Below, piece after piece: positions 10,299 to 19,432 of a stretch of 64,000 nucleotides of DNA. The notes below the pieces were generated by a model, which was not told where the DNA came from, ran no database searches, and saw only the letters and a program-made list of their open reading frames with translations. Each line of letters opens with the position of its first letter. Position 1 is the stretch's first letter. The DNA is from Longimicrobiales bacterium (GTDB taxonomy: Bacteria; Gemmatimonadota; Gemmatimonadetes; Longimicrobiales; Gaopeijiaceae), in contig CAXXKM010000002.1 of assembly GCA_963664435.2 (NCBI GenBank), positions 864,001-928,000 on the forward strand, written 5' to 3'. Both the position numbers and the translations under genes were made by a program.

Positions 10299-11036
10299 AT
10301 GAGGGACCGGTTCACGCGCAGGAGCCGCACAACCCGGGGTTCAATCCCGAAGCACATGCGGCACGAGGTCTACCGGCGGGACGACCGCGTGTGCGTCTAC
10401 TGCGGGGCTGAGTGTCGAGCGGAGGAACTGACGATCGATCACCTGATTCCCCTGGCGCTGGGCGGACTCGATGAGATGACGAATTGGGCGACCTGCTGTC
10501 GCGCCTGTAACGAGCGAAAGGCAGCTCAACCACTTGAGGAGTTTCTTGAGTCATTGGCGATGCCCATCGAGGAGTTGCCGGTATACGGCGATCCGGTAAT
10601 CGATAATCCCGCAATCCCAATGCAGCTAAGGTTGCTGCGGCGGCGGGTCTTCGACCGCATCCGGCGAGGTGAACTCGCCGTCTCGGGAAAGGGTGCCCAG
10701 AGAAAGATCGAGAAGGCGTATCGACGAGACCTCTGGGAGACTGCCGACGGCAAGCGACTCGAAGCCGAGTTTCCAAACCTTCCCGGCCAAGTTCGAGCCG
10801 TAATTCCGGAGATACGGTCAATCGCCAAGTCCAAGCGGGAATTCCTGCTGCTTGTCGAACTAGCGAAGTCGGCCCGGACCCGGAGTTTGATAGGATCGGT
10901 GCTCACCGGCAACGTTGATGTCGAGGCGCGGGTTCGCTCCCTGCGTGAGCGTGAGCGGCAGTATGCCATGAGGAAGCGGCTCGCTCAGGCGCTGAGAAGG
11001 TTTGAGCGGGCCGTCAGAGCCGACTCTCCAGAATAG
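10299..11036 (+). CDS. HNH endonuclease with C-terminal extension
   Basis: RRDDRVCVYCG...TIDHLIP...GG...N..TCCRACNERK. Confidence 0.88.
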   Translation: MRDRFTRRSRTTRGSIPKHMRHEVYRRDDRVCVYCGAECRAEELTIDHLIPLALGGLDEMTNWATCCRACNERKAAQPLEEFLESLAMPIEELPVYGDPVIDNPAIPMQLRLLRRRVFDRIRRGELAVSGKGAQRKIEKAYRRDLWETADGKRLEAEFPNLPGQVRAVIPEIRSIAKSKREFLLLVELAKSARTRSLIGSVLTGNVDVEARVRSLRERERQYAMRKRLAQALRRFERAVRADSPE

Positions 11037-11075
11037 GCGCGGCGAATGGTTTTCGCGAAAGGTAGGGTTTAGGCA

Positions 11076-11594
11076 GTGGAACAAGTCCCAACAGCTTCCT
11101 CGGCGTTTGCGGCCGTGGGTTTGCTCAAGAGGATCGATTGGTCGAAAGCAAGCCTTTGGGTGCGGTACGGGAGGCTCTCAGGCCTTCGCGTGCGGGCGGG
11201 AAAGCGACGTGTGCCGGCCACCTACGAGAAGGGTTTTATGGGTGCCGAGGTCGAGGTATCCGTAACCAACGCAAGTAGGCGTCCCATCGTCGTCCGCGAC
11301 GTGCGGCTGATGTTGTCGGGCGGCTACGGTGTCCCGGTGGAGTCCTCCGTACTTGGTGAGCGGAGGGACCCCTCGCTACCGTCAACCCTCGATCCGGGAG
11401 CCGAGCGGCACTGGTACGTCCGCGGCGAGAAGCTTTCTCAGTTGCTCGCCTTCCTCTTCCACCCACCGAAGAAGGCCACAGGGTACGAAGCCCCGTCGGT
11501 GGCCATGTATGCCAGATGCTTGACGAGTGCCGGGCGTATCGGCATGAGCCCCACTTTCGAGTTCCCGACCGATGTGAACGCCCATTGGCCGTGA
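11076..11594 (+). CDS. Hypothetical protein (Ig-like beta sandwich pattern)
   Basis: VSVTNASRRPIVV...LPSTLDPG pattern; co-oriented with the preceding genes. Confidence 0.5.
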   Translation: MEQVPTASSAFAAVGLLKRIDWSKASLWVRYGRLSGLRVRAGKRRVPATYEKGFMGAEVEVSVTNASRRPIVVRDVRLMLSGGYGVPVESSVLGERRDPSLPSTLDPGAERHWYVRGEKLSQLLAFLFHPPKKATGYEAPSVAMYARCLTSAGRIGMSPTFEFPTDVNAHWP

Positions 11595-11689
11595 CCGGGC
11601 ATTTCGCGGCGAAGCCCTTGGAGTCGTGCGCGCGTCGCCCCGGGCTACTCGTCCTCGGCGGCGCCGACGCGGATCCCAGTGCTCGGGCT

Positions 11690-13006
11690 CTACGACATAC
11701 TCCACGGCACGGGCTCGACTTGCCCTACCCACGTCGCCGTCGTCCGGTTGAAGTAGCTGCCGCGATATTCGAGCAAGCGGAGCAGCGCCAGCCCCTGATA
11801 CCAGAGGGACAACTGCAATGCGCCGGGGGTTGCCGCCTTGCCGTCCGGCGCGAACACGATCCTGCGTCTCTCTTCTTTCGCGTGGACGAATCCGTTCCTG
11901 AGTTCCGCCAGCGCTTGGCAAGAGTCCCAATTGTTGTTCTTGGCGAACCTGCTCAGCGCTTCGTACCTCTGCGGGATATCCGGCTGGAGCTTCAGCGCCT
12001 CCAGCAGCTTTCGCAGCTTCTCGGCTCCAGCGAGCCCGTCGTATCGCCCGGCTGACATCGACCCATTGCGATCCACGACGATGAGCGCACCAAGGCGCTC
12101 CAGCGCGGCCATGCCGAGAACGAGCGACCCTTCCAGGCCGCTCGACTGCGTGTTGCAGTGGCGGTACCAATGCAACGCCACGACCACTGATTCGAGGAGA
12201 TTGGGGTCCTTGTGGATCCTGCAGAATGGGTCGAACAGCTCCGCAAGGATCCCTCCGGTATGTAGGCCTTCGCCAAGCCAAGAAAGGTGTGATCGCCGCC
12301 ACGGGTCGACGATCGGTGACTGTAACCGCCGCCACACGATGTCGTCGTCTTCGCCGCGCCCCCAATGAATCGGCAGGGCGCACGCCGCACCGCGCGCGAA
12401 CGACAGGAACTGCCGCAGCGACTCGAGGACGTCCTTCGCCTGCTCCACAGAGAACGCCGAGGCATCGACTCTCGTCAACTGTCCGACATGCGTGAAGGCG
12501 TATCCGCCCGTAGCCTTCAACTGCCCGCGACGGTCCCCGGACTCCGGCACAGCAACGAGGCGGATCTCCCATCCGTCATGATCCAGGACGACCGTTTGAA
12601 TCGTCCCAAAGTCCCCGGCTATCGCCGTTGGATCTCCCGGAACTACGGAAGGTCCCGGTGTGATGACGTCGGGGAAATTGACGATCTGGAACCCAACCGA
12701 GAGAAGGCGTCGTTCACCGCCCCATTCCATCGCCGAAGCGAAGGCGCGGATCGCGCCCGGGGCACTCGTTGAGTATGCTACGACGTTCGTTGTCGTGAAG
12801 CCCGGCAGTTCCACGATCAAGGAATCAAGATCGAGTCCGACCGGTTCATCTGCCTCGATGTCGAACTCGATGCCTGGTGACGGCAGCCATCGCAGGCGCG
12901 CCGAGCCGCTCGCCTCAATGCACTGATCGCCTGACCGAACGCGGAATCTGCCCTCGTGTAGCAGGACGGGTTCGTTCACGTCGCGTTGTGGATACTGCTG
13001 GAACAT
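11690..13006 (-). CDS. ApeA-like HEPN-domain protein (putative defence RNase)
   Basis: 438 aa; C-terminal helical domain with ALERL and an Rx4H motif (LRNGFVH). Confidence 0.65.
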   Translation of the reverse strand: MFQQYPQRDVNEPVLLHEGRFRVRSGDQCIEASGSARLRWLPSPGIEFDIEADEPVGLDLDSLIVELPGFTTTNVVAYSTSAPGAIRAFASAMEWGGERRLLSVGFQIVNFPDVITPGPSVVPGDPTAIAGDFGTIQTVVLDHDGWEIRLVAVPESGDRRGQLKATGGYAFTHVGQLTRVDASAFSVEQAKDVLESLRQFLSFARGAACALPIHWGRGEDDDIVWRRLQSPIVDPWRRSHLSWLGEGLHTGGILAELFDPFCRIHKDPNLLESVVVALHWYRHCNTQSSGLEGSLVLGMAALERLGALIVVDRNGSMSAGRYDGLAGAEKLRKLLEALKLQPDIPQRYEALSRFAKNNNWDSCQALAELRNGFVHAKEERRRIVFAPDGKAATPGALQLSLWYQGLALLRLLEYRGSYFNRTTATWVGQVEPVPWSMS

Positions 13007-13158
13007 GACTCGTCGCGAATCTGGGTTGCAGGGGAGTCGGATGCACCGAGGAACTTGGCCAATGTCGATGCCGTGCGACAGCTTTAGTTAGGGCCAGCAC
13101 CTCACGCTATGGGACTTCCGGTCGTGCTCGGCGATCGTGGAGGCAGAATCGGTGCCTT

Positions 13159-13300
13159 GGATTGCTCGCTAAATGACCCGATTTCCGGCCCTTTCGGTCC
13201 GGCAACCCCTGACACGCCCCAACGGCAAGAAGCGCAGATCGTGCAGTCCCAGTTAGATTTATGAGATATCTTGCCGTGATTTGCATCCCTGTTGGAGCGA
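13159..13300 (+). repeat. Element-end repeat, copy 2 (most diverged)
   Basis: GCGCAGATCGTGCAGTCCCAGTTAGATTTATGAGATATCTTGCCGTGAT at 13232-13280; lacks the terminal ATCCGC. Confidence 0.78.
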
Positions 13301-13377
13301 TTTGGGAGCAGGAGCAGGAAAAGGAGTGCCGGCGCGGCGACGGCGCGGGCGGTCGCCACGGGTCGGTGCATGTGCAT
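13300..13377 (-). pseudogene. Signal-peptide-only remnant of a gene cut by element-end copy 2
   Basis: MHMHRPVATARAVAAPALLFLLLLP runs directly into the repeat. Confidence 0.45.
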
Positions 13378-13438
13378 GAGTACCTCGCCATTGGGACAAA
13401 CATCCGAGAGAGACGCCCGGGACGGGCGCTACTGAGGC

Positions 13439-13798
13439 TCAGATGTGGTGGCGAGGTGGCGGGGGATCGACACTCGATGCGACGAAGGAGGGGGCCTGCT
13501 GGACGAACGGGCCGGCCTGGAAGGCGACCCCGGGGAACGATCGGATGTCTGCCGGGCGCAAGGACTCACCCGAGGTGACGGCGCAGGCCAACATCATCGC
13601 GCACTCTTCACGCTCGGGATCTTCGTGCTGATGAGAGTGGGAGGATTCTTCGCCCGTGGGGTGCGAGGTTTCGTGGTGGTGTGCCGTCGGGGCTTCGGTT
13701 GGCTCCTGCAAGATCGGTCCGCCCGTGGCGCATCGGATCGCGGCGACGTGGGACCACGAGAGGGCCAGGAAGGCCAAGAGGGCGATGGGGCGTTGCAT
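13439..13798 (-). CDS. Secreted His/Cys-rich leader-type protein (DUF2946-like)
   Basis: Signal peptide, His-rich linker, CAMMLAC, C-terminal DPPPPR. Confidence 0.6.
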   Translation of the reverse strand: MQRPIALLAFLALSWSHVAAIRCATGGPILQEPTEAPTAHHHETSHPTGEESSHSHQHEDPEREECAMMLACAVTSGESLRPADIRSFPGVAFQAGPFVQQAPSFVASSVDPPPPRHHI

Positions 13799-13866
13799 GG
13801 GGGAAGATGCTGGGGGGGTGGGGGGGACAAGTGCCGGTGGCGCCAGCTGCTTCCCACGGACCATCA

Positions 13867-15738
13867 TTAAGGCCCGAGCGAGGGCTTGCGGAGTCCAAGA
13901 TCGCCACTTGGGTGAGGGCCGTCCAGCAGCTTCGCGACCCATGAACGAGGGTCTTCACTAGACTCGTCGTCGTTCTTCGTGAATGCAGAGCGATCGATGA
14001 ACGATACTCGCCTATCGGCCAGCAGTTGTAGGCCAGTCCTCTCCCGATACGACTGCGTCTCCGGGGCTTTGTCGCCAACCTCGTGGACCAATAGCCAGTA
14101 GCGATCGTACCCTTCGTCCGTGCTGTCAGCGAGCTCCGTCCTTACGAATGCGATCACGTCCTCCTCGGCTTGTCCGATTGCCCAGAGCGAAGCGATGGCC
14201 ATGCAGTCATCTGTCTCTATGACCGCCTCCGCCAAGTCAGACGGTAGTGTCTTGGTACCGGCTGTTTGCTCCCGCCAGGCGAACAGGGTCCAGCACATGG
14301 CATCGGTGGGTGCCCGCTCCTCCGACTGCTTGCGTAGCAGGCATTCGAGTTCATCGGTTCGCACCGCGGATGGGTCTTCTTGAATTATGCGGGCCAAGAT
14401 GGGCATGACCGAAGGGTAGTGAAAGGCGATCTCCAAGATGTGTCGTGTACATCGCTGCCGCAGATCGTCCGCTGTGGCATGGCGAGCAAGCGCACGGGCG
14501 GCGTACTTCACCACGTTTTGGAAGGGCCACCTAGCCTGCAGATTGGTGGCGAGATCAAAGAGGTTTCCGAGGGTAGAGGGCTTGGAGATGTTGATGGCAT
14601 CCAGCTGGGTGCGCAACTGGATTACCCACGGGTCATTCGTTGTGGCCGGAAGGGGGGTGATACTGGTCTTGCTGGAGTTGAGTTGGAGGCCATACTCGGC
14701 CAATTGATCTTCCAGTGCGACAATGAAGGCATCGGCTTCGTTTCTGGAGACACAGTAACACCTGTAGTCGTCGATGAATCGCATGAAGGTGTATTTGTCC
14801 CGCAGGGCGGCATCGACAGGATGAAGCAACAGTTCCGAGAGAATGTTGGATGTCGCGGGTCCTATCGGAATCCTGAGGGTCTCACCGCGTTGCATACTGC
14901 GCGAGCGTTCGTCGAGCACGTTGCCGTAAAGGCTCTTGTCGTGCCTGCGTCTTTTGGCAATCTCCTTGGTGTGGATGGCCCAAGGAATCGCGTGCGTATA
15001 CACGGAGGGGAAGAACACAGCGATATCGGCACGCGCCAGATAGCGCTTCCCAATAGCTTGATCCAAGCGTCTAGTGGTCGCTTGGTGCCGCTGGGCTGAA
15101 TATCGCAGGATGCTCCTGTGAGACTCTGATTCGTCCGCGTCATACGGTCCCATCGAAACCAGTTCGTTGTCCCTGGACATCTTGGGCACGATCTGGCTTT
15201 CTTTGTTCTCCTCGATGCGGGTCATGATTGCATCCCACTGATCGACGATCGCACGGCACAGGCGGACGTAAGCCTCGGGGTGCGGGATCTTTAGTAGTCG
15301 GGTGCTATTTGCATGCCGGGTAAGCCGAAAGGCGATCGAGTCACAGCTTCGGTCCTGGACATGACCGGCACGACCGGCGCATCGGCGGTTCTTGGCTGTG
15401 CGCTGGGCCGTGGTGTGGGCAATCAGGTCTGCAGCGATATCAGGGCTCAGGAGCTTGCTCGAGAAACAAGGTGGCAGTTCGTCACGTTCCTGAGACCGCC
15501 CAGGCAAGTAGTCGCTCTCAAGAAGCGCATGGTGGGCGTATTCGGGGTCGGGAATGGGCAACCGGTGACGTTCCATTTCGTCAGGGGGGGCCTCATGTTC
15601 ACCGTTGGCGCACCGCAATCTCGTGGTGGCATCGCCATCCGATTCCTCCACCGTGATGAATTCGACTGGGATCAGCTCTCCGGTGAACTCACGGCATTCG
15701 ACACAATAGAGATCGTCGCCATCCACGTAGACCCGCAT
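13867..15738 (-). CDS. Defence-associated reverse transcriptase, Drt4 (UG15)-like, with extra N-terminal Cys/His domain
   Basis: YLP...ELPPCFSS, LKIPHPEAY, ADIAVFFPSVYTHAIPWA, IPIGPATS, RFIDD, LNSSKT; RBS AAAGGAG 8 nt before ATG 15738. RT call is firm, subtype is from recalled motifs. Confidence 0.82.
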   Translation of the reverse strand: MRVYVDGDDLYCVECREFTGELIPVEFITVEESDGDATTRLRCANGEHEAPPDEMERHRLPIPDPEYAHHALLESDYLPGRSQERDELPPCFSSKLLSPDIAADLIAHTTAQRTAKNRRCAGRAGHVQDRSCDSIAFRLTRHANSTRLLKIPHPEAYVRLCRAIVDQWDAIMTRIEENKESQIVPKMSRDNELVSMGPYDADESESHRSILRYSAQRHQATTRRLDQAIGKRYLARADIAVFFPSVYTHAIPWAIHTKEIAKRRRHDKSLYGNVLDERSRSMQRGETLRIPIGPATSNILSELLLHPVDAALRDKYTFMRFIDDYRCYCVSRNEADAFIVALEDQLAEYGLQLNSSKTSITPLPATTNDPWVIQLRTQLDAINISKPSTLGNLFDLATNLQARWPFQNVVKYAARALARHATADDLRQRCTRHILEIAFHYPSVMPILARIIQEDPSAVRTDELECLLRKQSEERAPTDAMCWTLFAWREQTAGTKTLPSDLAEAVIETDDCMAIASLWAIGQAEEDVIAFVRTELADSTDEGYDRYWLLVHEVGDKAPETQSYRERTGLQLLADRRVSFIDRSAFTKNDDESSEDPRSWVAKLLDGPHPSGDLGLRKPSLGP

Positions 15739-15859
15739 TGCGCTGCTCCTTTCGCTCGGCTTTTGGCGTACTCGCGGTCATCAGTTATGATCGACTTGGT
15801 GACTGCCGTCCTGTCAAACATAGCGCATGGTCGACGCGTTCAAGCTCGATCGCGCGGCA

Positions 15860-16220
15860 TCCCCCAGCTCGTTTCCTCTCTGGGGAGGCCTAGATTCTGT
15901 GGAGATGCACTACCTGGAACGCGCGTTCGCGGTCGCAGCGCCACCCGCAATGCCGTCTGGCGGCGGGGAGTGCAGCCTGGCCGGGTGTACGGAATCGAGC
16001 GATGAACTGTTCTGCCTCAGCTTTCGACATTCCCATCATGGCTGACGGCAGCGGAGCCAGCATCGCCTTCGTGCTCCCCTACCCAGCCCGTGACCGAGAG
16101 CTGGCAAGCCTAACGCTTGTCGGCCCGGGCGAAGCCGCCACCCGGATGGCGAGACCGATGTCCCGGTGGTGATCCAGCGCAGTCCGCGCACCGGCCAGAT
16201 TCCCCTGCCGTGATTCGCGC
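15860..16220 (+). pseudogene. Degraded C-terminal remnant of an extracellular protein gene
   Basis: LWGGLD..YLERAFAVAAPPAMP..GG...DELFCLSF, then after a frameshift MADGSGASIAFVLP..LASLTLVGPG; no start or RBS. Confidence 0.4.
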
Positions 16221-16449
16221 CAGTAGCGTTCCGCGAGCGGGGCAGAGCCGAATCAAAGAAGGCCGAGACCAAGGACCGAGTTTAGTGGCCACGCAGCCGT
16301 CCCATTCCCTTCCTCGCTCAACGGGGATACTCATGCTACGTTGCTCGACCGAGGCAGCCGCAGCCTTCGCTAGCGGCTCCCTTGACGATTGCATGTTTGG
16401 GACAGCGGAACCCGTTTTCTCGCGACGATCTAAGGGTTACTTTATCTAA

Positions 16450-17421
16450 ATGCTGCGCCAGCCGAAGTCCTACCAACTTCTCGGCCTGCTGCCAAGGCTG
16501 TTCACGGCTTCGCATCTCCAGCAGCTAGCTGGGTACGGCTTCTCCGACCTAATCCCCTACGCGCAAGACTTCATTAAGAGCGAGTCGCCGCGCGCGAACA
16601 TTGCCACCCTGGCGGACCTGCTCGACGAAGCCTTCCGGCTCATGCGACGCTGTTACCCAGTAGAGTACGTGTACAAGGCGTACCTGCTGAAGCGGTTGCT
16701 CTTCGGTCGGCATAGCCCCCGCACGACCGCGTGTTACTTCGAGTTCCCGGTGGGCGAAGCGAGAGCTGATATGTTGCTCGTGAACGGCGAAGCAATGCTG
16801 TTCGAGATCAAGTCTCGTTTCGACGATCCAGCGCGACTGGCATCGCAGCTCCGGGAGTACTACAAGTGTTTCACGCGAGTGACGCTCGTCGCCGAGGACG
16901 GACACGAAGCAAGATACCTAGACCAGCTACCAGACTACGTCGGGGTGGCGACGCTCACGCCGAGGCTCTCAATTAGCACGAAGCGGGAGGCCGCGCGCCG
17001 TTTCGATGAGTTGGAGCATGAGAGCGTGTTCTACTTGTTCCGCAGAGCCGAACTCTATCGTGCAGCTGAAGAACTCTTGGGCATCCGTGTAGAAGATTAT
17101 CCCGTCCTGGCAAGGTATGAGCACCTTCTTCAACGGTTCACATTGGACCTGCCGGTGTCACGATTCCACGAAGAAGCGATTTCCGCTCTCCGCAATAGGC
17201 AGCGCACAAGTCAACTGGCGGAACGCTGTGAACAGCTGCCGCACTCGCTGCATGTTGCCGCGTTCTCGTATCGCTTGCTCAAGTGCGAGTGGAACGCTCT
17301 TACGGAGGTCCTGCACCTTCCCCCCATGCAACCCCCTACCGGGAGTCCTTATGTATTTTCCGTATCTACGCGCCAAACAGGAGGAGGTTTTCGCAGTTCT
17401 GGAAGCCGATTTTCTGACTGA
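16450..17421 (+). CDS. sce7726-family PD-(D/E)XK-like protein
   Basis: EYVYK, EFPVGEARAD..LVNG...FEIKSRFD...RLASQL..Y. Confidence 0.82.
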   Translation: MLRQPKSYQLLGLLPRLFTASHLQQLAGYGFSDLIPYAQDFIKSESPRANIATLADLLDEAFRLMRRCYPVEYVYKAYLLKRLLFGRHSPRTTACYFEFPVGEARADMLLVNGEAMLFEIKSRFDDPARLASQLREYYKCFTRVTLVAEDGHEARYLDQLPDYVGVATLTPRLSISTKREAARRFDELEHESVFYLFRRAELYRAAEELLGIRVEDYPVLARYEHLLQRFTLDLPVSRFHEEAISALRNRQRTSQLAERCEQLPHSLHVAAFSYRLLKCEWNALTEVLHLPPMQPPTGSPYVFSVSTRQTGGGFRSSGSRFSD

Positions 17422-18340
17422 CCTCACTGTACCGATCTTTGAGCCGGTCACTAGCACCTCGAAAGACACCAAGACAATCAGCAAGACCACAATTGACCGA
17501 TGGAAGCGAGCACTCGACCGAGGCCGTCGATTCGCGATCGTTACGAATAGTGCAAAAGGATTTCCGCCACCAACATCGGAAGATGCTTGTTCCCGGATTG
17601 AGGATGATCTGGGACCTGACGAAAGGGTGTTCCCCGCTATTGAGATCAGAAAAGACACCAACCTAGACAAGATCGACGAGTTCGCACGGCGGTTCTGGTA
17701 CCGCACCTGTTTCGTGATCCACCGAGACCATATGCATAGCGCACGTGATCTGCGTCGCGTTCTCCGGCCGCTGAGTGAGCCTAACACGACCGCTCCTGTT
17801 CAGGTGCTCATGAGCGGCGGCGTGCCCGAAGCAGTGTTCCGAGAATTGCCGGCGGGCGGCCGAGTCTTCTTGAGAGATGGGTTCGTCCGCCAGGAGCGGA
17901 ACGCAGACTACCCTCCTCGAACCAGCTTCGACAACCTCTTTTGTACTTTTGGCGAACTGGGCTTCGATGGCTTCGGTGACTTCACGATTGTGGGGGATTT
18001 CTTCCCGCGCAGCCCAGGGGGAGGACCGGCGCGCCAAGCAGCCTTGCATCTCACCGAGATAGAGAATGAGCGAGAGACCGTGGTCACCAATCACTTTGTT
18101 TCTCAAACGCCCCCTACCCGAAGCCTTCCTGACCGGAAGTACTTCGACGCTCTCCAGCAACTTGTAACTCACACCAAGGGCCGATTAGGGTTCGACACTG
18201 TTGGTGTTCATGCCTTCTACGATTCCCATAGCAAGGGCCATTATCCAAGTCTTGGTCCACCCAAACGTTGGAGCATCCTCCATCACTTCGAGATCATTGA
18301 GAGAGCGTTGGCCAAGAATGGCGCCCAATCCTTTTTCTGA
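17351..18340 (+). CDS. sce7725-family protein (T4 beta-protein-like)
   Basis: Starts MYFPYLRAKQEE after RBS GGGAG; PIFEPV, DGF..Q.RNADY, GFGDFTIVG, HFVS, YPSLG..KRWSI.HH. Confidence 0.85.
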   Translation: MYFPYLRAKQEEVFAVLEADFLTDLTVPIFEPVTSTSKDTKTISKTTIDRWKRALDRGRRFAIVTNSAKGFPPPTSEDACSRIEDDLGPDERVFPAIEIRKDTNLDKIDEFARRFWYRTCFVIHRDHMHSARDLRRVLRPLSEPNTTAPVQVLMSGGVPEAVFRELPAGGRVFLRDGFVRQERNADYPPRTSFDNLFCTFGELGFDGFGDFTIVGDFFPRSPGGGPARQAALHLTEIENERETVVTNHFVSQTPPTRSLPDRKYFDALQQLVTHTKGRLGFDTVGVHAFYDSHSKGHYPSLGPPKRWSILHHFEIIERALAKNGAQSFF

Positions 18341-18739
18341 TGGCTGGTCCCATACATAGTATAGCACAGAGGCTCTGATCGCTCCCCAGCCGCTAACTCC
18401 ATGTTGGAGTTGCCCCACTATGACGGACACCTTTCCCTTTGGGGATTATCAGCCTGACTCGACCCCGCTTCCTCGTTTCAGGTGAGCGCGTACCATGCCA
18501 GTATCAGTATAACCGTAATTCCCCATAGCCATGTGCTAAGTTTGGGTCGGCTGGGTCCGTGGGGTTCATTCATCGGTCTTGCCCGTGGCTGTTCCTCGGC
18601 TTTTCCCCTGAATCCGATCCAGCACCTTCCGCGCGTCGGGATTCTTTGGCCGGGTGAGTATGCGGGCGGCATCGGATAGTCGCAGGCCCTTGTATCGGGG
18701 GTTTATGGCTTGGGGGTTGGGGTGTCGTCGTCATTGGTC

Positions 18740-19231
18740 TTAGTCGATCCGGGTTTCTAGGTCGTTGATCCGCTCGTCTTGGCGTTTCATCCAGTCGTGC
18801 AGGTTGTCAACCTTGCTGTCTATGGCACCGACGGCCTCGGCTACGGTTCCAAGTTGTTCCACCAACCCACCAACCGATTCCTGCAACTCCCTGATCGGCC
18901 CGTTCATCAGTCGGTCGTGAACGGCTTCGGCGGTTGCAAAGGCTAGGGGGTAGCAGTAGGCTTGCGCGTCGTCGTGCGTGATGATCGCCGGTTTGTCGGC
19001 CTTGCGGATGATCTCGCGGAAATGATCCACGATATTCTTTCGTGTGCGCGCACCGTCGGCCTCGGCAACCTTGAGTATGGTGGACGCTGGCGCTTCCATA
19101 ACAAACCAGCCACACGAGGGACACCGTTGTTCGTATGCCGGATGGCCGTTGTTGTCGGTTCGCCCAGCGTCGGAGCCGTCGATCTCGGTCTCGCACAGCA
19201 CGCACTCGGCTTGCCCGTCAGTCGGGTTCAT
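18740..19231 (-). CDS. Hypothetical Zn-ribbon protein with C-terminal coiled coil
   Basis: CVLC...CPSCG followed by a heptad-like C-terminus. Confidence 0.6.
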   Translation of the reverse strand: MNPTDGQAECVLCETEIDGSDAGRTDNNGHPAYEQRCPSCGWFVMEAPASTILKVAEADGARTRKNIVDHFREIIRKADKPAIITHDDAQAYCYPLAFATAEAVHDRLMNGPIRELQESVGGLVEQLGTVAEAVGAIDSKVDNLHDWMKRQDERINDLETRID

Positions 19232-19240
19232 CGCTTGATC

Positions 19241-19432
19241 CTAGTCGTTGGCGGTTTCCAGTTCGCTAACCCGCCGATTCAGATCTTGGAACCACCCGTG
19301 AATGTCGTCCACCTTGCGGGGCGTGTCGCCAAGAGCTTCGCCGATTTCTTCCCGAATCATCTCCCGCAGGGGTCCGTTCATAAGCTGCTCCGTGACGGCT
19401 TTCGCGACCCCTGCGATCTCATCCTGTGTCAT
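19241..19432 (-). CDS. Small coiled-coil protein, paralogous to the C-terminus of the next gene
   Basis: RBS-like AGGGG; LMNGPLRE...KVDDIHGW...RVSELET matches LMNGPIRE...KVDNLHDW...RINDLET. Confidence 0.6.
   Translation of the reverse strand: MTQDEIAGVAKAVTEQLMNGPLREMIREEIGEALGDTPRKVDDIHGWFQDLNRRVSELETAND

Noticed and set aside
8953..11594. Integron cassette array
   Set aside because: Genes are co-oriented but the spacers share no attC-like repeat and no IntI is present
13799..13828. G-tracts (GGGGGG...GGGGGGGTGGGGGGG) as a G-quadruplex or phase-variation site
   Set aside because: Short tracts in GC-rich DNA with no supporting evidence
15739..16449. Possible retron/DRT ncRNA upstream of the RT
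   Set aside because: No convincing a1/a2 inverted repeats; most of the spacer reads as a decayed protein-coding remnant. Cannot be fully excluded without RNA data
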